DNA of 62,571 bases, counting the filler. It is 6 parts of 6 records of this genome, joined end to end, with 100 filler letters (N's around TTAATTAATTAA, not from the genome) between each part and the next. Parts side by side here need not be neighbours in the genome. Positions count along the whole stretch, not along the records: positions 17,767 to 25,219 come from DRR723986_20368; positions 25,320 to 33,710 come from DRR723986_20369; 4 more parts are not named here. One strand, written 5' to 3'. Position numbers and translations under genes: made by a program. This document shows, piece after piece, positions 19,369-29,063 of this stretch (position 1 is the stretch's first letter; every line of letters starts with the position of its first letter). Below the pieces are notes generated by a model. The model was not told the origin of the DNA, searched no databases, and saw only the letters and a program-made list of their open reading frames with translations.

Positions 19369-21372
19369 TCAATCGGCTTTCTGGTCGGCAAAGAGAGTGG
19401 ACACCATTGTAATTGCGTCGGGGCTGCCCATCACAACTGCGACGTCGTTACCACGTAGTTTAGCGTATGGATCCGGCGTTGTTGAAACATTTTCACCGTG
19501 TTTTATCGCCAAGACAGTGGCGCCAAAGCGGCCGCGCACGTCCAACTGTACCAGCGAGTGTCCGGCAGCTTCTGAGGCTGAGCCTATCCGCAGGGCACGA
19601 ATTTCCATCCCTGGAAGCACAGCGTGAAGTGAGCTATCATTTCCGGCGCCGGTAGATTTTCCGCGCAACATGCTATAGCGGTCAGCGCGTATGTGATCCG
19701 CAAACTGATGAATTTCATCTGTTGGGATCAGATAGTGCGTAAGCACACGGGAGAAAATCTCAACGGCAGTTTCAAATTCGGCCGGGATGACTTCCTCGGC
19801 GCCAATCGACGCGAGTCTATCAACTTCGGCAACAAAACGGGTCCGTACGATTAAGTGGACGCCGGGGTTCATTGTTTTTACCTGACGGACGATTCTTTGT
19901 GTCGCTTCGGAATCAGAGATTGCGACTACAACTACACGTGCCTTGTCAATATGTGCATGGTGCAATACTTCACTCTTGGAGGCATCGCCATATTGAATTG
20001 GCTCTCCGCGTTCCTGTTCGCGTTTAACGGTATCGGGATTCATTTCGATAATGGTATAACGAATATGAGCCGACTTCGCGGCGCGAACGAGCAAGTCACC
20101 ACTTACACCAAAGCCAATAATAATGATATGATCGTTGAGCTCATTTTTCTCGGCGACTTCTTCGGTTGCCGACATCTGATCAAAGCGCCGTTGCAGGCGT
20201 CCGAGTAGTGGCAGGCGATCGTGTTTTTCGGCGGCCTGCGGAGCTGCGGCAATCAGGAATGGCGTCGCAGCCATTGTAATCACGGATACTGCCAGAAATA
20301 TCTGGTAGTGATCGGCGCTCAGAATGTTTACATCCAGTCCGGTTTTTGAGAGGATAAACGAGAACTCACCAATCTGACTCAGTGAAAAACCAACCATAAT
20401 TGCGGTGCGCAGTTGCCAGCCAAGAATCCGCGCCACCCCAATAATGACTCCCAGTTTAACGAGGACCACGCCTACAACAAGGCCGGCGATCAGCAGGGGT
20501 TCCTTTAATAGAAGTGAGACGTCAAACAACATGCCGATGGACACGAAGAAGAATGAGCTGAAGACATCGCGAAAGGGGAGCAGGCCGCCCAGAGCATCAA
20601 CGCTATAGTCGGATTCGGAGATAATGAGTCCGGCCAGGAAGGCTCCGAGTCCGAGTGACAATCCCGCAACTGAAGTGCCCCATGCAACACCGATTCCAAT
20701 CGCCACGACCAAGAGCAGGAACAATTCCTGCCGGCGCGTACGCACCACGCGTTCCAGTACAAAGGGAACAACCGTACGCGCACCGATCACAACGGCGACT
20801 ACAATTATTATGCCTTTGAGCAGAAGCATAAGTAAAGCTTCGCCAACATTAGTTGCCGCACCGGCCAGAATCGGAGTAAGCAGCATCATGGGCACAATCG
20901 CGATATCTTGAAATATTAATATTCCAAGAGTACCCTGCCCATGCGGTGCTTCGATTTCACCACGATTCTGTAAGAGTGAAAGCACGATAGCTGTGGAAGA
21001 GAGTGCTACCAGAAATCCAAAGAAGACTGAAGTGTTTAAACCAAAGCCGGCCGCCGTGCTGAAACCGACGGTTATCGCGGCGGTTATGACCACTTGTAAA
21101 CTACCGCCCAGAAGCACGGTCTTTTTGATGCGCGCCAGTTCTTTGAATGAGAATTCGATCCCGATGGTAAACAAGAGTAAAACCACACCAACTTCGGCGA
21201 GAATTTCTACGCTGTGTTCATCGTGGACCAGACCCAGGCCAAATGGACCAATCAGAACACCAGTCATCAGATACCCAATGATCGTAGGGACTTTGATTTT
21301 GGTGGTCAGGTATAGAACTACAATTGACAGCCCAAAAATTAGGGCTACATCACGTAGAAGTGGGATTTCCAT
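19369..21372 (-). CDS. CPA2 cation:proton antiporter (KefB/KefC-like) with TrkA-N and TrkA-C domains
   Basis: LLFTIGIEFS, ALSSTAIV, ILIFQD, SQIGEFSF, GFG, YGDA and a C-terminal RCK-C. Start set at MEIPLL. Confidence 0.92.
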   Translation of the reverse strand: MEIPLLRDVALIFGLSIVVLYLTTKIKVPTIIGYLMTGVLIGPFGLGLVHDEHSVEILAEVGVVLLLFTIGIEFSFKELARIKKTVLLGGSLQVVITAAITVGFSTAAGFGLNTSVFFGFLVALSSTAIVLSLLQNRGEIEAPHGQGTLGILIFQDIAIVPMMLLTPILAGAATNVGEALLMLLLKGIIIVVAVVIGARTVVPFVLERVVRTRRQELFLLLVVAIGIGVAWGTSVAGLSLGLGAFLAGLIISESDYSVDALGGLLPFRDVFSSFFFVSIGMLFDVSLLLKEPLLIAGLVVGVVLVKLGVIIGVARILGWQLRTAIMVGFSLSQIGEFSFILSKTGLDVNILSADHYQIFLAVSVITMAATPFLIAAAPQAAEKHDRLPLLGRLQRRFDQMSATEEVAEKNELNDHIIIIGFGVSGDLLVRAAKSAHIRYTIIEMNPDTVKREQERGEPIQYGDASKSEVLHHAHIDKARVVVVAISDSEATQRIVRQVKTMNPGVHLIVRTRFVAEVDRLASIGAEEVIPAEFETAVEIFSRVLTHYLIPTDEIHQFADHIRADRYSMLRGKSTGAGNDSSLHAVLPGMEIRALRIGSASEAAGHSLVQLDVRGRFGATVLAIKHGENVSTTPDPYAKLRGNDVAVVMGSPDAITMVSTLFADQKAD

Positions 21373-21523
21373 CTGGGGGATCTTTCCGCATGTCGATCGG
21401 GTGTTTACAAATAAGGCACTCCGCAAATTACACAATTTGGACTTGCCTGCGTGTGCTTTAAAGTTTAGCCGTATTTGAAGCCGAACGTCTCAAATGATTT
21501 CTCACGGTCGGAGATGCGAGACG

Positions 21524-22834
21524 CTACTTTCGAGGAATTTTCAACAGCTGGCCGACGTAAATCTTGTTTGCGCGGCGAATCTTGTTGAAGCTCATGATTT
21601 TTCTGACGGATGACCCATGGCGTGCAGCGATGCCGGAAAGAGTGTCTCCACGCCGGACGCGATACTTCACTACAGGCGGTGCGCTTAATTTGTCGGCCGC
21701 TGGAATTTTTTCCAGCGCGATCTGGATACCTTCGGCTGTTAATTCACTGGGCACGCGCACACGCGTCTTTTTGGGAATCATTACATCTTGTTCAAAAACA
21801 TGAGCGCGAATCGAAGGGTTGATTGTGCGCATGTATGCAATTGACATACCCAGGTGTTTGGCGAGTACGGAAGGTTTAATCCAGTGGGTCAGTCGGATTT
21901 CGCGGAAGTTGCCTTTCTCGTGATACTCAACTTCATCAAAATAGTCTTCCACGTTTTCGGCGATATCTGAGGCTGCGATAAAACAGGCATAGAAGTTACG
22001 GGATGAAAACTTGAAGGTACGGCTGGAGTGTTTGGTCAGAACAGTTTCAAAATCATTGCTGCCCAATTTGTCGACTGCGCGGCGGATTCCATTAATACCA
22101 TAGTTGTAGCCTGTAATGGCCAGGGGCCATGAATCCACCTTATTAAAGTTGCTCGATAGGAGCTCTGCCGCTGCATAAGTTGAATAGATGGGATCTAAAC
22201 GTTCATCCACATATTCGTTAATCGTCATGTATTCGCGGCCGGTGCCACGCATAAACTGCCACATTCCGGCTGCGCCGGCATGTGAATATGCTGCAGGCAG
22301 GAATGAGGATTCAACATGTGGCAGGTAGGCTAACTTCTTGGGGACTTCATACTTTTTGAGAATGGCGCGAATTGTATCCAGGTAAATTCCACTGCGTTGC
22401 AGTCCCTGCATGAAACGTTCTTTCTGGCCATTTTGAAAACGGATGCGACTGATCGCGTCGGAGAGCGCACCTTCTTCAGCATGGTCTTCAAAGAGTTTGG
22501 CGATGTGCTGGTCCTGTTTATTCCACTTGGACTCGGGCAGGGTTTTAATTCGTTTCAGTGATGCTTCGATTGGTTTGCGAATGCTGCGGATATACGTTTT
22601 GCGCTCTTTGCCTTCACGTTTACCAATTTCATATTCACCATAAATTACAAGCGGGTATTCGTGATCGTGCAGTAAACCCTTGGTCAGAGGAACCTCTGAA
22701 TAAATCTTTTTCCAGAAGTCCACATTGTCTGAAATTAACGTTGGCTCAACAAATACGTTGGCTTGGGCGCTAAGACTGAACCCAAAAATCAAACAGGCGA
22801 TCGTAGCTAGTTTACTGAATTGTATATGCTGCAT
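21524..22834 (-). CDS. Secreted lytic transglycosylase (SLT) with C-terminal LysM (MltD-like)
   Basis: Signal peptide, VESSF catalytic Glu, AAGMWQFM, VDERLDP, YNYG and LysM YRVRRGDTLSGIA. AGGAAGG RBS before MQHIQF. Confidence 0.9.
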   Translation of the reverse strand: MQHIQFSKLATIACLIFGFSLSAQANVFVEPTLISDNVDFWKKIYSEVPLTKGLLHDHEYPLVIYGEYEIGKREGKERKTYIRSIRKPIEASLKRIKTLPESKWNKQDQHIAKLFEDHAEEGALSDAISRIRFQNGQKERFMQGLQRSGIYLDTIRAILKKYEVPKKLAYLPHVESSFLPAAYSHAGAAGMWQFMRGTGREYMTINEYVDERLDPIYSTYAAAELLSSNFNKVDSWPLAITGYNYGINGIRRAVDKLGSNDFETVLTKHSSRTFKFSSRNFYACFIAASDIAENVEDYFDEVEYHEKGNFREIRLTHWIKPSVLAKHLGMSIAYMRTINPSIRAHVFEQDVMIPKKTRVRVPSELTAEGIQIALEKIPAADKLSAPPVVKYRVRRGDTLSGIAARHGSSVRKIMSFNKIRRANKIYVGQLLKIPRK

Positions 22835-23409
22835 TGTTCTTCCTTCCTGGCACACTGTGTTCCAAACTGCTATCAGGTTGACCTTCCACAACACCTGACT
22901 GAGGGAATTAATAAAAATTCCGGGAAACTCCAATGGCTGACGGGCCCGGATCAATTCTGTTGTGTTCATTCAACTTCCGCAAAGCGCGATTGTGTGCACC
23001 GGTCACCTGTTCGACTACGTGATTGACTGGTTCCGTGTCTTTTATTCGGTCCCGTGGTTGTTTGCATTATCAATAGTATTTCACCGGGTAGGATTGGCTT
23101 GTTGAAGACGACGCAGCAAGTTCAATGACAGCGGAGGTGGTCAGGCACGCGACAAAACAAAAAGTGCCAGACGCGAAGAAGTATGACTTTTGCGCTTAAG
23201 TGAACAGTGTTGAATGGATGTGAAGGTCTGGGTGCAGTGCAGCATGTAGTCGGAAGCGTTTAACGGCATTCGTGTTTCGGTTTGATGGCAAGACAGAAGT
23301 GAAAAGCCGCTATGGGCTAAACATCTCCGCAGTTCACTCTGTTTTATGATGTACAAGCAAGAGCTGCTTGCTGGGTGGAACTCTGGCCGTCACTTCACCG
23401 TTTGCGAAT

Positions 23410-23785
23410 TGTGAATCTGGCGGCTGTGCTTATTGAGGCAATTTTGCGTTTGGGCGATGTTTGCTGTTGTCAATCTTTGCTGAAGTAAACAGTGGTGATT
23501 CTATTTTACCTGATTCACAAGCCGAGTTGAACATCCATTGGGCTGATTCTGTGAATAAACACTTGGGGCCAACAGCGGACTGCAAGCCTTTCTGAGTCAA
23601 AAGTTGAAGTTCTGGCATTGTGGCTTTGCGTAGCGTAAAACGACTTGCGAATGCGAGGACTAAACACAAGAGTGAAGTGTGAATATTATCGCTTAAAGTG
23701 AAACAAGTGTGGTGTGAATTAACCATGAGACCAGTCTGAGAATGTGAATAAACATTCATATACACATTGCAGCGCTTGTGAATGT
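23410..23785. repeat. Dispersed array of TGTGAAT motifs (DnaA-box-like / operator array)
   Basis: TGTGAAT at 23410, 23550, 23678, 23713, 23743 and 23777, plus inverted ATTCACA at 23513. TGTGAATAAACA is exact at 23550 and 23743. Confidence 0.6.
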
Positions 23786-24016
23786 CGTGAATTTGATGCG
23801 TTAATCGGCAGGTTAAACCCAAAAATGTTCACTTTTTACACGTGAACCAGCAAAATTATGCACTATTTCTGCTTAATTAACGGATTAACTGTTGCATGCG
23901 CTTGTTTAATGTTGTAGATTTGTTTTGGAATTTTAGGTTAAGTCTTAACAGCAGCAGCAAAATCTGTCTTATATATCAGTATCTCTTTTCATTAACGATT
24001 GATTTGGTAGTATCCT

Positions 24017-24835
24017 ATGGATTCGAACACAATTGCAGACCGACTGAGAGAGTTCGGTCAAGAGAAGTACGGCAACATGACCCAGTTTGCCGGAGCTCTC
24101 GGAATGTCCCCTCAAGCTCTTTCCCCATATCTTAACGGACGCCGTAACCCAGGCAAACGCATGCTCGCTAAACTTGAGCAGCTTGGCGCAAACCCAGGTT
24201 ACATTTCAGGCGAAGGTGGATCTGGTGATTCAGCTCCTAAAGCAAAACCAGCCGCAAAAGCTGCTGCTCCTAAAGCAGAAAAAACTGCTACAGCCGCTCC
24301 TAAGCGTCGTGGCCGTAAGCCAAAAGCAAAACCAGCTGCTAAAGCTGCCGCTCCTAAAGCCGCAAAAGCTGCCGCTCCTAAAGTAGAAAAAGCTGCAAAA
24401 GCTGCTGCCCCTAAAAAAGGCAAACCAGGCCGTCCAAAAGGTTCTGCCAAAACTGCTAAAGCCGCTGCCCCTAAAGCCGCTGCCAAAACTGCAGCTCCAA
24501 AAGCAGCCGCCAAAACCGCAGCTCCAAAAGCAGCCGCTCCAAAAGCCGCAGCTCCTAAAAAAGGTAAACCAGGTCGTCCAAAAGGTTCCGGTAAAGCGAA
24601 AGCTGCAGCTCCTAAAGCTGCTCCAGCTAAACGTCGCGGCCGCGCTCCTAAAGCAGAAAAGGCTGTAGACACAGGCGTTTCACGCGCTGAAATGCAGCTG
24701 CTCGAATACCTGCGTAAAATTGGCCTGGCCAACGTTGAAGCCGTAGTTAATCTGCTTGAAGCAATTAAAACGGTATCCGATGAAGACTATATGAAGAAAT
24801 TCCGTCGCGCAAAGCCACGTAAAATCGTCAAGTAA
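24017..24835 (+). CDS. XRE/Cro-type HTH protein fused to histone-H1-like Ala/Lys/Pro repeats with AT-hook-like motifs
   Basis: N-terminal HTH pattern RLREF...MTQFAGALGMSPQALSPYLNGRRNP; 13 APK units; KPGRPKGS x2, KRRGRKPK and KRRGRAPK; helical C-terminus; terminator downstream. Confidence 0.85.
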   Translation: MDSNTIADRLREFGQEKYGNMTQFAGALGMSPQALSPYLNGRRNPGKRMLAKLEQLGANPGYISGEGGSGDSAPKAKPAAKAAAPKAEKTATAAPKRRGRKPKAKPAAKAAAPKAAKAAAPKVEKAAKAAAPKKGKPGRPKGSAKTAKAAAPKAAAKTAAPKAAAKTAAPKAAAPKAAAPKKGKPGRPKGSGKAKAAAPKAAPAKRRGRAPKAEKAVDTGVSRAEMQLLEYLRKIGLANVEAVVNLLEAIKTVSDEDYMKKFRRAKPRKIVK

Positions 24836-24863
24836 GTCGGATTCGATTCAACTCGAACGAATT

Positions 24864-24909
24864 AACATCAATGCACCGTCTGGATTTTCAGGCGGTGCAT
24901 TGTTGTTTT
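24864..24909 (+). terminator. Intrinsic terminator after the HTH/H1-like gene
   Basis: Stem CAATGCACCGTCTG / CAGGCGGTGCATTG followed by TTGTTTT. Confidence 0.8.
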
Positions 24910-25170
24910 AAAGCCACATGAGAGCGTCAACATTCCTGGGTTTACTTCTGCGCCATTCTGTCTATTCAGTATAAGTAATGGCATCGGGCAGGGAGCGCTA
25001 CAAGGCGGGCAGCACTCGCTCACAAGTCATTAAGCACTCCCTGCGCCACGTAGTAATCGAAGTTGACAAAGTCCCTATTGCAACAATGCTCGGACGCACA
25101 CATCCTGCAGGGAAGCCCCTGCTTTCAATCGTTAAACCTTGGAGCAACACCAGGCCTGGAGAATGCAATT

Positions 25171-25219
25171 TGATCTAAGAGTTTGATCTGAGAAAGTGAT
25201 CTAAGAGTTTGATCCGAGA
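25171..25219. repeat. 13-bp-period GATC-containing tandem repeat at contig end
   Basis: TGATCTAAGAGTT-TGATCTGAGAAAG-TGATCTAAGAGTT-TGATCCGAGA, cut by the spacer. Confidence 0.7.
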
Positions 25220-25319
25220 NNNNNNNNNNNNNNNNNNNNNNNNNNNNNNNNNNNNNNNNNNNNTTAATTAATTAANNNNNNNNNNNNNNNNNNNNNNNNN
25301 NNNNNNNNNNNNNNNNNNN

Positions 25320-25871
25320 GAGATCGAAGTCCTCGGCTATCGCGGCATGAAAGAATACGAACTGGGCTTTGACGGCTTCAAAGTCAAAGGCGAGAACCTG
25401 CTGGGTGGCGAAGAGGGCAAAGGCTTTAAACAGCTGATGGAGACCTTTGAATCCGCTCGCATCCAGACCGCTGCCCGCGCCATTGGTGTCGCACAGTGTG
25501 CCTTGGATATCGGCATGCAGTATGCGCAGGACCGTAAACAGTTTGGCAAATCCCTGATCAACTTCCCCCGCGTTTCCAGCAAGCTGGCAATGATGGCCGT
25601 TGAAATCATGATTGCCCGTCAGTTGACCTATTTCTCTGCTTGGGAAAAAGACAACGGCCACCGGTGTGATCTAGAGGCGGGTATGGCAAAACTGCTGGGT
25701 GCCCGCGTGGCTTGGGCCGCCGCAGACAATGCGCTTCAAATCCACGGCGGCAACGGTTTTGCCTTGGAATACAAGATTTCGCGCGTTCTGTGTGATGCCC
25801 GGATCCTCAACATCTTTGAAGGTGCTGGTGAAATTCAGGCGCAGGTTATCGCACGTCGCCTGCTGGGTTAA
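25320..25871 (+). CDS. Acyl-CoA dehydrogenase, 3' fragment
   Basis: Frame open from the contig start ([13 protein letters not shown]...), with [14 protein letters not shown] and IFEGAGEIQ motifs. Confidence 0.92.
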   Translation, partial: EIEVLGYRGMKEYELGFDGFKVKGENLLGGEEGKGFKQLMETFESARIQTAARAIGVAQCALDIGMQYAQDRKQFGKSLINFPRVSSKLAMMAVEIMIARQLTYFSAWEKDNGHRCDLEAGMAKLLGARVAWAAADNALQIHGGNGFALEYKISRVLCDARILNIFEGAGEIQAQVIARRLLG

Positions 25872-25898
25872 TACGCACCCTAACAAAGTTGACCAACG

Positions 25899-25929
25899 GA
25901 CCCGGCCATTGTGCCGGGTCTTTTGTTTT
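25899..25929 (+). terminator. Intrinsic terminator
   Basis: GACCCGGC-cattgt-GCCGGGTC followed by TTTTGTTTT, between convergent genes. Confidence 0.8.
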
Positions 25930-25953
25930 CACCCCGACGCCATTTGCGGTCGT

Positions 25954-26949
25954 TCAGTGGGATAGGGACAGGCTTGGGGATTGGCCATACGCCTCTTTGT
26001 AGGCGATTGAAAACCGACCCAAATGCGTAAAGCCGGTATCATAGGCCACTGTGCTCACCAATGTGCCCGGCGGTGCAGTTTGAAGCATATAGTGCGCGAA
26101 CTTTAATCGTTGGCGGTTCAGGTATTGTTTTGGAGTACAACCCAGGCTGGATTGAAACCCCATCTGCAGGCTGCGCACGGAACACCCCGCCTGCCTTGCA
26201 ATGTCCCGCATTGTGAGCGGATCAGACAGGTTTGCCCGGATGTATTCTACTGCTGTCCGCACCGCACGCGCAGGCAACTTGACCGGTGTATCTATTAGAA
26301 AATGCGTAATGGCATTGGGCTGGCTCTGCAGCAAAGAGGTCATCAAATCCTCTTCGATAACAGATTGAAATCGATATGCGCTGTTCCCAAAAGCAGCCCC
26401 ATTCTGCGCCGCCTGCACACAGGCCCACACTTGAACCAACCAGTGTTGTGATGCGGCAGATTGCAACGGCATCTCTGGATTAAAGACCAGCGCGTGCGGC
26501 AGATGATGCCCGGTCAGCGTTTCTGCCAACTCGTGCAACGACTCCCGGTCGATCTGCACCAATAGCTTTTCGCACCCGGCCTGCCATGTCATGCGCGTTG
26601 CTTCGGTTGGATTCAGAATACTGGCCGTTTGGCTCGACGCCTCAACCTCGAACGCGCCATGTTTAACCACAGCGTGCCCCCGCAGCGGGATCTGAACCAA
26701 ATAGAAATCTGTCAGCTCACCGGGATCAATCGCAACCTCTGAACTGTAGCGCAAAAAATTCAACGACAATGCCCGCCCAGAGGCCCGGTTGTGACAAGTT
26801 TCGAACGCTTCGGGCGTTTCACCGGGAATCAGCGTGTGATCGCAAAACTTGGCCGACACAACATGGCGCGCCTCATCAATATCGCGCGTGCGAAACAAAT
26901 GATGCGTGCTAAGCGGGTCCACCGAAATATTATGGTTCTGGCAAGCCAT
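25954..26949 (-). CDS. AraC family transcriptional regulator (AraC_binding_2 N-terminus)
   Basis: C-terminal IARQAGCSVRSLQ...GFTHLGRFSIAYKEAYGQSPS. Divergent from the cupin-FMO operon. Confidence 0.92.
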   Translation of the reverse strand: MACQNHNISVDPLSTHHLFRTRDIDEARHVVSAKFCDHTLIPGETPEAFETCHNRASGRALSLNFLRYSSEVAIDPGELTDFYLVQIPLRGHAVVKHGAFEVEASSQTASILNPTEATRMTWQAGCEKLLVQIDRESLHELAETLTGHHLPHALVFNPEMPLQSAASQHWLVQVWACVQAAQNGAAFGNSAYRFQSVIEEDLMTSLLQSQPNAITHFLIDTPVKLPARAVRTAVEYIRANLSDPLTMRDIARQAGCSVRSLQMGFQSSLGCTPKQYLNRQRLKFAHYMLQTAPPGTLVSTVAYDTGFTHLGRFSIAYKEAYGQSPSLSLSH

Positions 26950-27082
26950 TGGAACTAATTACATTATTTTAAGCTTAAACAAAAGAGAGATGTGCCCTTA
27001 CGATTTCTGCGCTTTTTGGACAAAGCTTAGCGCGACTTCCGGCTAGCGTTTTCAGGACACATTGTCGAACAGGGAGGAAATC

Positions 27083-27544
27083 ATGAAAGAAACGCTTGGT
27101 ATCACCAGCGCGCCGGACGGAATCAACGCCGCCGCATGGAACGTGGTTGGGCATACTTACACGCCCAAATTGCACAGCGATAACGCCTTTATATGGCATG
27201 CCGACATCCCGGCGGAAACCTTTGTGCCACCGCATATCCACCCCACTCAAGACGAGTGGATCTATATGCTCGAGGGTAACCTTGAGATCGAATTCGGCCA
27301 TGACCAAGGCCCCCCAAGCGTTCACAAGGCGGGTCCCGGCGATACCGTCAGGATGCCAATGGGCGTAGCGCACGGCATTTTCAATCGCTCAGGAGCCACT
27401 GCAAAATGCGTCTTTGGTGTCGCGCCTGCGCGCAAGCTCTATGATCTATTTGTTGCACTCGACGGGGTGACCGATCCCGAAGAGCTGGTGCGCCTGTCCG
27501 CCCAGCACGAGGTTGATTTCTTGCCGCCCCCACCCGAAGCGTGA
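27083..27544 (+). CDS. Cupin domain protein
   Basis: PPHIHPTQDEWIY and GDTVRMPMGVAH cupin metal motifs, with a GGGAGG RBS. Confidence 0.9.
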   Translation: MKETLGITSAPDGINAAAWNVVGHTYTPKLHSDNAFIWHADIPAETFVPPHIHPTQDEWIYMLEGNLEIEFGHDQGPPSVHKAGPGDTVRMPMGVAHGIFNRSGATAKCVFGVAPARKLYDLFVALDGVTDPEELVRLSAQHEVDFLPPPPEA

Positions 27545-27554
27545 GGGCATCCAA

Positions 27555-29034
27555 ATGGTAGAACGTAAAACGGTCGCCGTTATCGGCGGCGGGGTCAGCG
27601 GGCTGGCCGCAGCTAAGGCATTTGATGAAAAGGGTCATCGGGTTCGAACGCAGTCATGACTTTGGCGGCGTGTGGGAGCTATCCCGCTCTTACCCCGATG
27701 TGCAAACCCAGTCGCCCAAGGATCTGTATTGCTACACCGACCATCCAATGCCGACCGACTATCCCGAATGGCCAAAAGGACCACAGGTCCATGCCTATCT
27801 GCATTCCTATGCAGAGAAACATAACCTGAGCCGTTTGTTCCGTCTGAACACCAATATCTTGTCAATGGATCGTCGTGCGGATGGGAAACCCGGTTGGACC
27901 CTAACCATCGAAGAGGCCGGTCAAACCCGAACCGAAGATTTCGATTTCGTTTCGGTTTGTACTGGGCAATTCTCGGATAAGAACATCATCTCACATCCCG
28001 GTCAGGACGAATTCATCGCTCAGGGTGGCGAAGTTATCCACTCTTCGGATTACACTGACCCCTCTATGATGCAGGGAAAGCGTGTGGTTGTTCTAGGTGG
28101 CTCCAAGTCCGCAACCGACATCGCCGTGAATGCCGCCAAGAACGGCGCGGCCCAAGTCACGATGGTCTACCGTGAAAACGTTTGGCGCGTGCCCTACTTT
28201 GTCGGCGGGATCAACTTCAAGCGACTGCTTTACATGCGGGCGCAAGAACAGCAGTTCAATCAGTGGGGCAAAAACGGACTTCAGCGCGCGGTGGCTGCGG
28301 TTCTGAAACCCCTAGTCTGGGCAAATTTCCGGGGTTTAGAAACCTTGCTCAAGTTTCAGCTGGGTCTGAAAAAGTGGAACATGGTGCCGGATTCCCCTAT
28401 CGAAAAGGAAGCCTCCTGCTCGCTGCCCATCGTGACCCCGGGGTTGTTCGAAAGCTTTAACGCCGGAACCGTGAAGCCAATCCAAGGCACCATTGACCAC
28501 TACGACGGGAACGAAGTCATCTTAACCACAGGTGACCGGGTTGGATGTGATGTTGTAGTACTCGCGGTTGGTTGGAAATTGGGTATCCCCTATCTGTCAC
28601 AGGAATATCGGGACAAACTGATCGAGTCTGACGGCCAATACCGCACCTTCCGGCTGTCAGTGAATCCAGATCTGCCAGACATGGGGTTTGTTGGCTTTAA
28701 CTCGAGCTTTTGCACAATTCTGTCTGCTGAAATGATCGCCAATTGGTTGGTGCGTTTTGCCGATGGTCAGTTGGCGCAGCAACCCAGCCGCGATGATATG
28801 AACCGCAACATCGAAATGATGCTGGATTGGCGGCGCAAGGAACGCCCTGCTGCACAAGTGTATGGCGGATTGTGTTCGGCCCCGTTCCACTTCAAGCATT
28901 TTGACGAACTGCTTGCAGACATGGGGGCAACAACAGCCAAACGCAGCAACCCGATTGCGGAACAGTTCTCATACCCCAACGCCCCGGCGTATGGCTCCTA
29001 CCTTGCCTCAGCCCCACAATACCAAGCGCAATAG
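27555..29034 (+). pseudogene. Flavin-containing monooxygenase with a frameshift near the 5' end (pseudogene or assembly collapse)
   Basis: ATG 27555 gives MVERKTVAVIGGGVSGLAAAKAFDEKGHR (FAD GxGxxG) and then stops at 27657-27659. The rest (VIGFERSHDFGGVW, CTG, IHSSDY, GGSKSATD) is in another frame and runs to 29034. Confidence 0.82.
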
Positions 29035-29063
29035 CGCCACCAAAAACACAGGAGATTGCTGTC

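Noticed and set aside
23410-23785. CRISPR array or CRP/Rex sites
   Set aside because: The repeats are only 7-12 bp with irregular spacing and no cas genes are present. TGTGA half-sites lack a correctly spaced TCACA partner.
23141-24135. ORF-track ORFs in the large intergenic region (23141-23356, 23430-23822, 23896-24135)
   Set aside because: They have no motifs and atypical composition. The region is better explained as regulatory or origin-like DNA.
24199-24732. 177-aa minus-strand Ala/Gly/Leu/Phe-rich ORF
   Set aside because: It is an antisense shadow of the APK repeat protein.
25178-25215. AGAGTTTGATC resembling the 5' end of 16S rRNA (27F site)
   Set aside because: It occurs twice as part of a 13-bp tandem repeat and is not followed by CTGGCTCAG. 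No rRNA is present.
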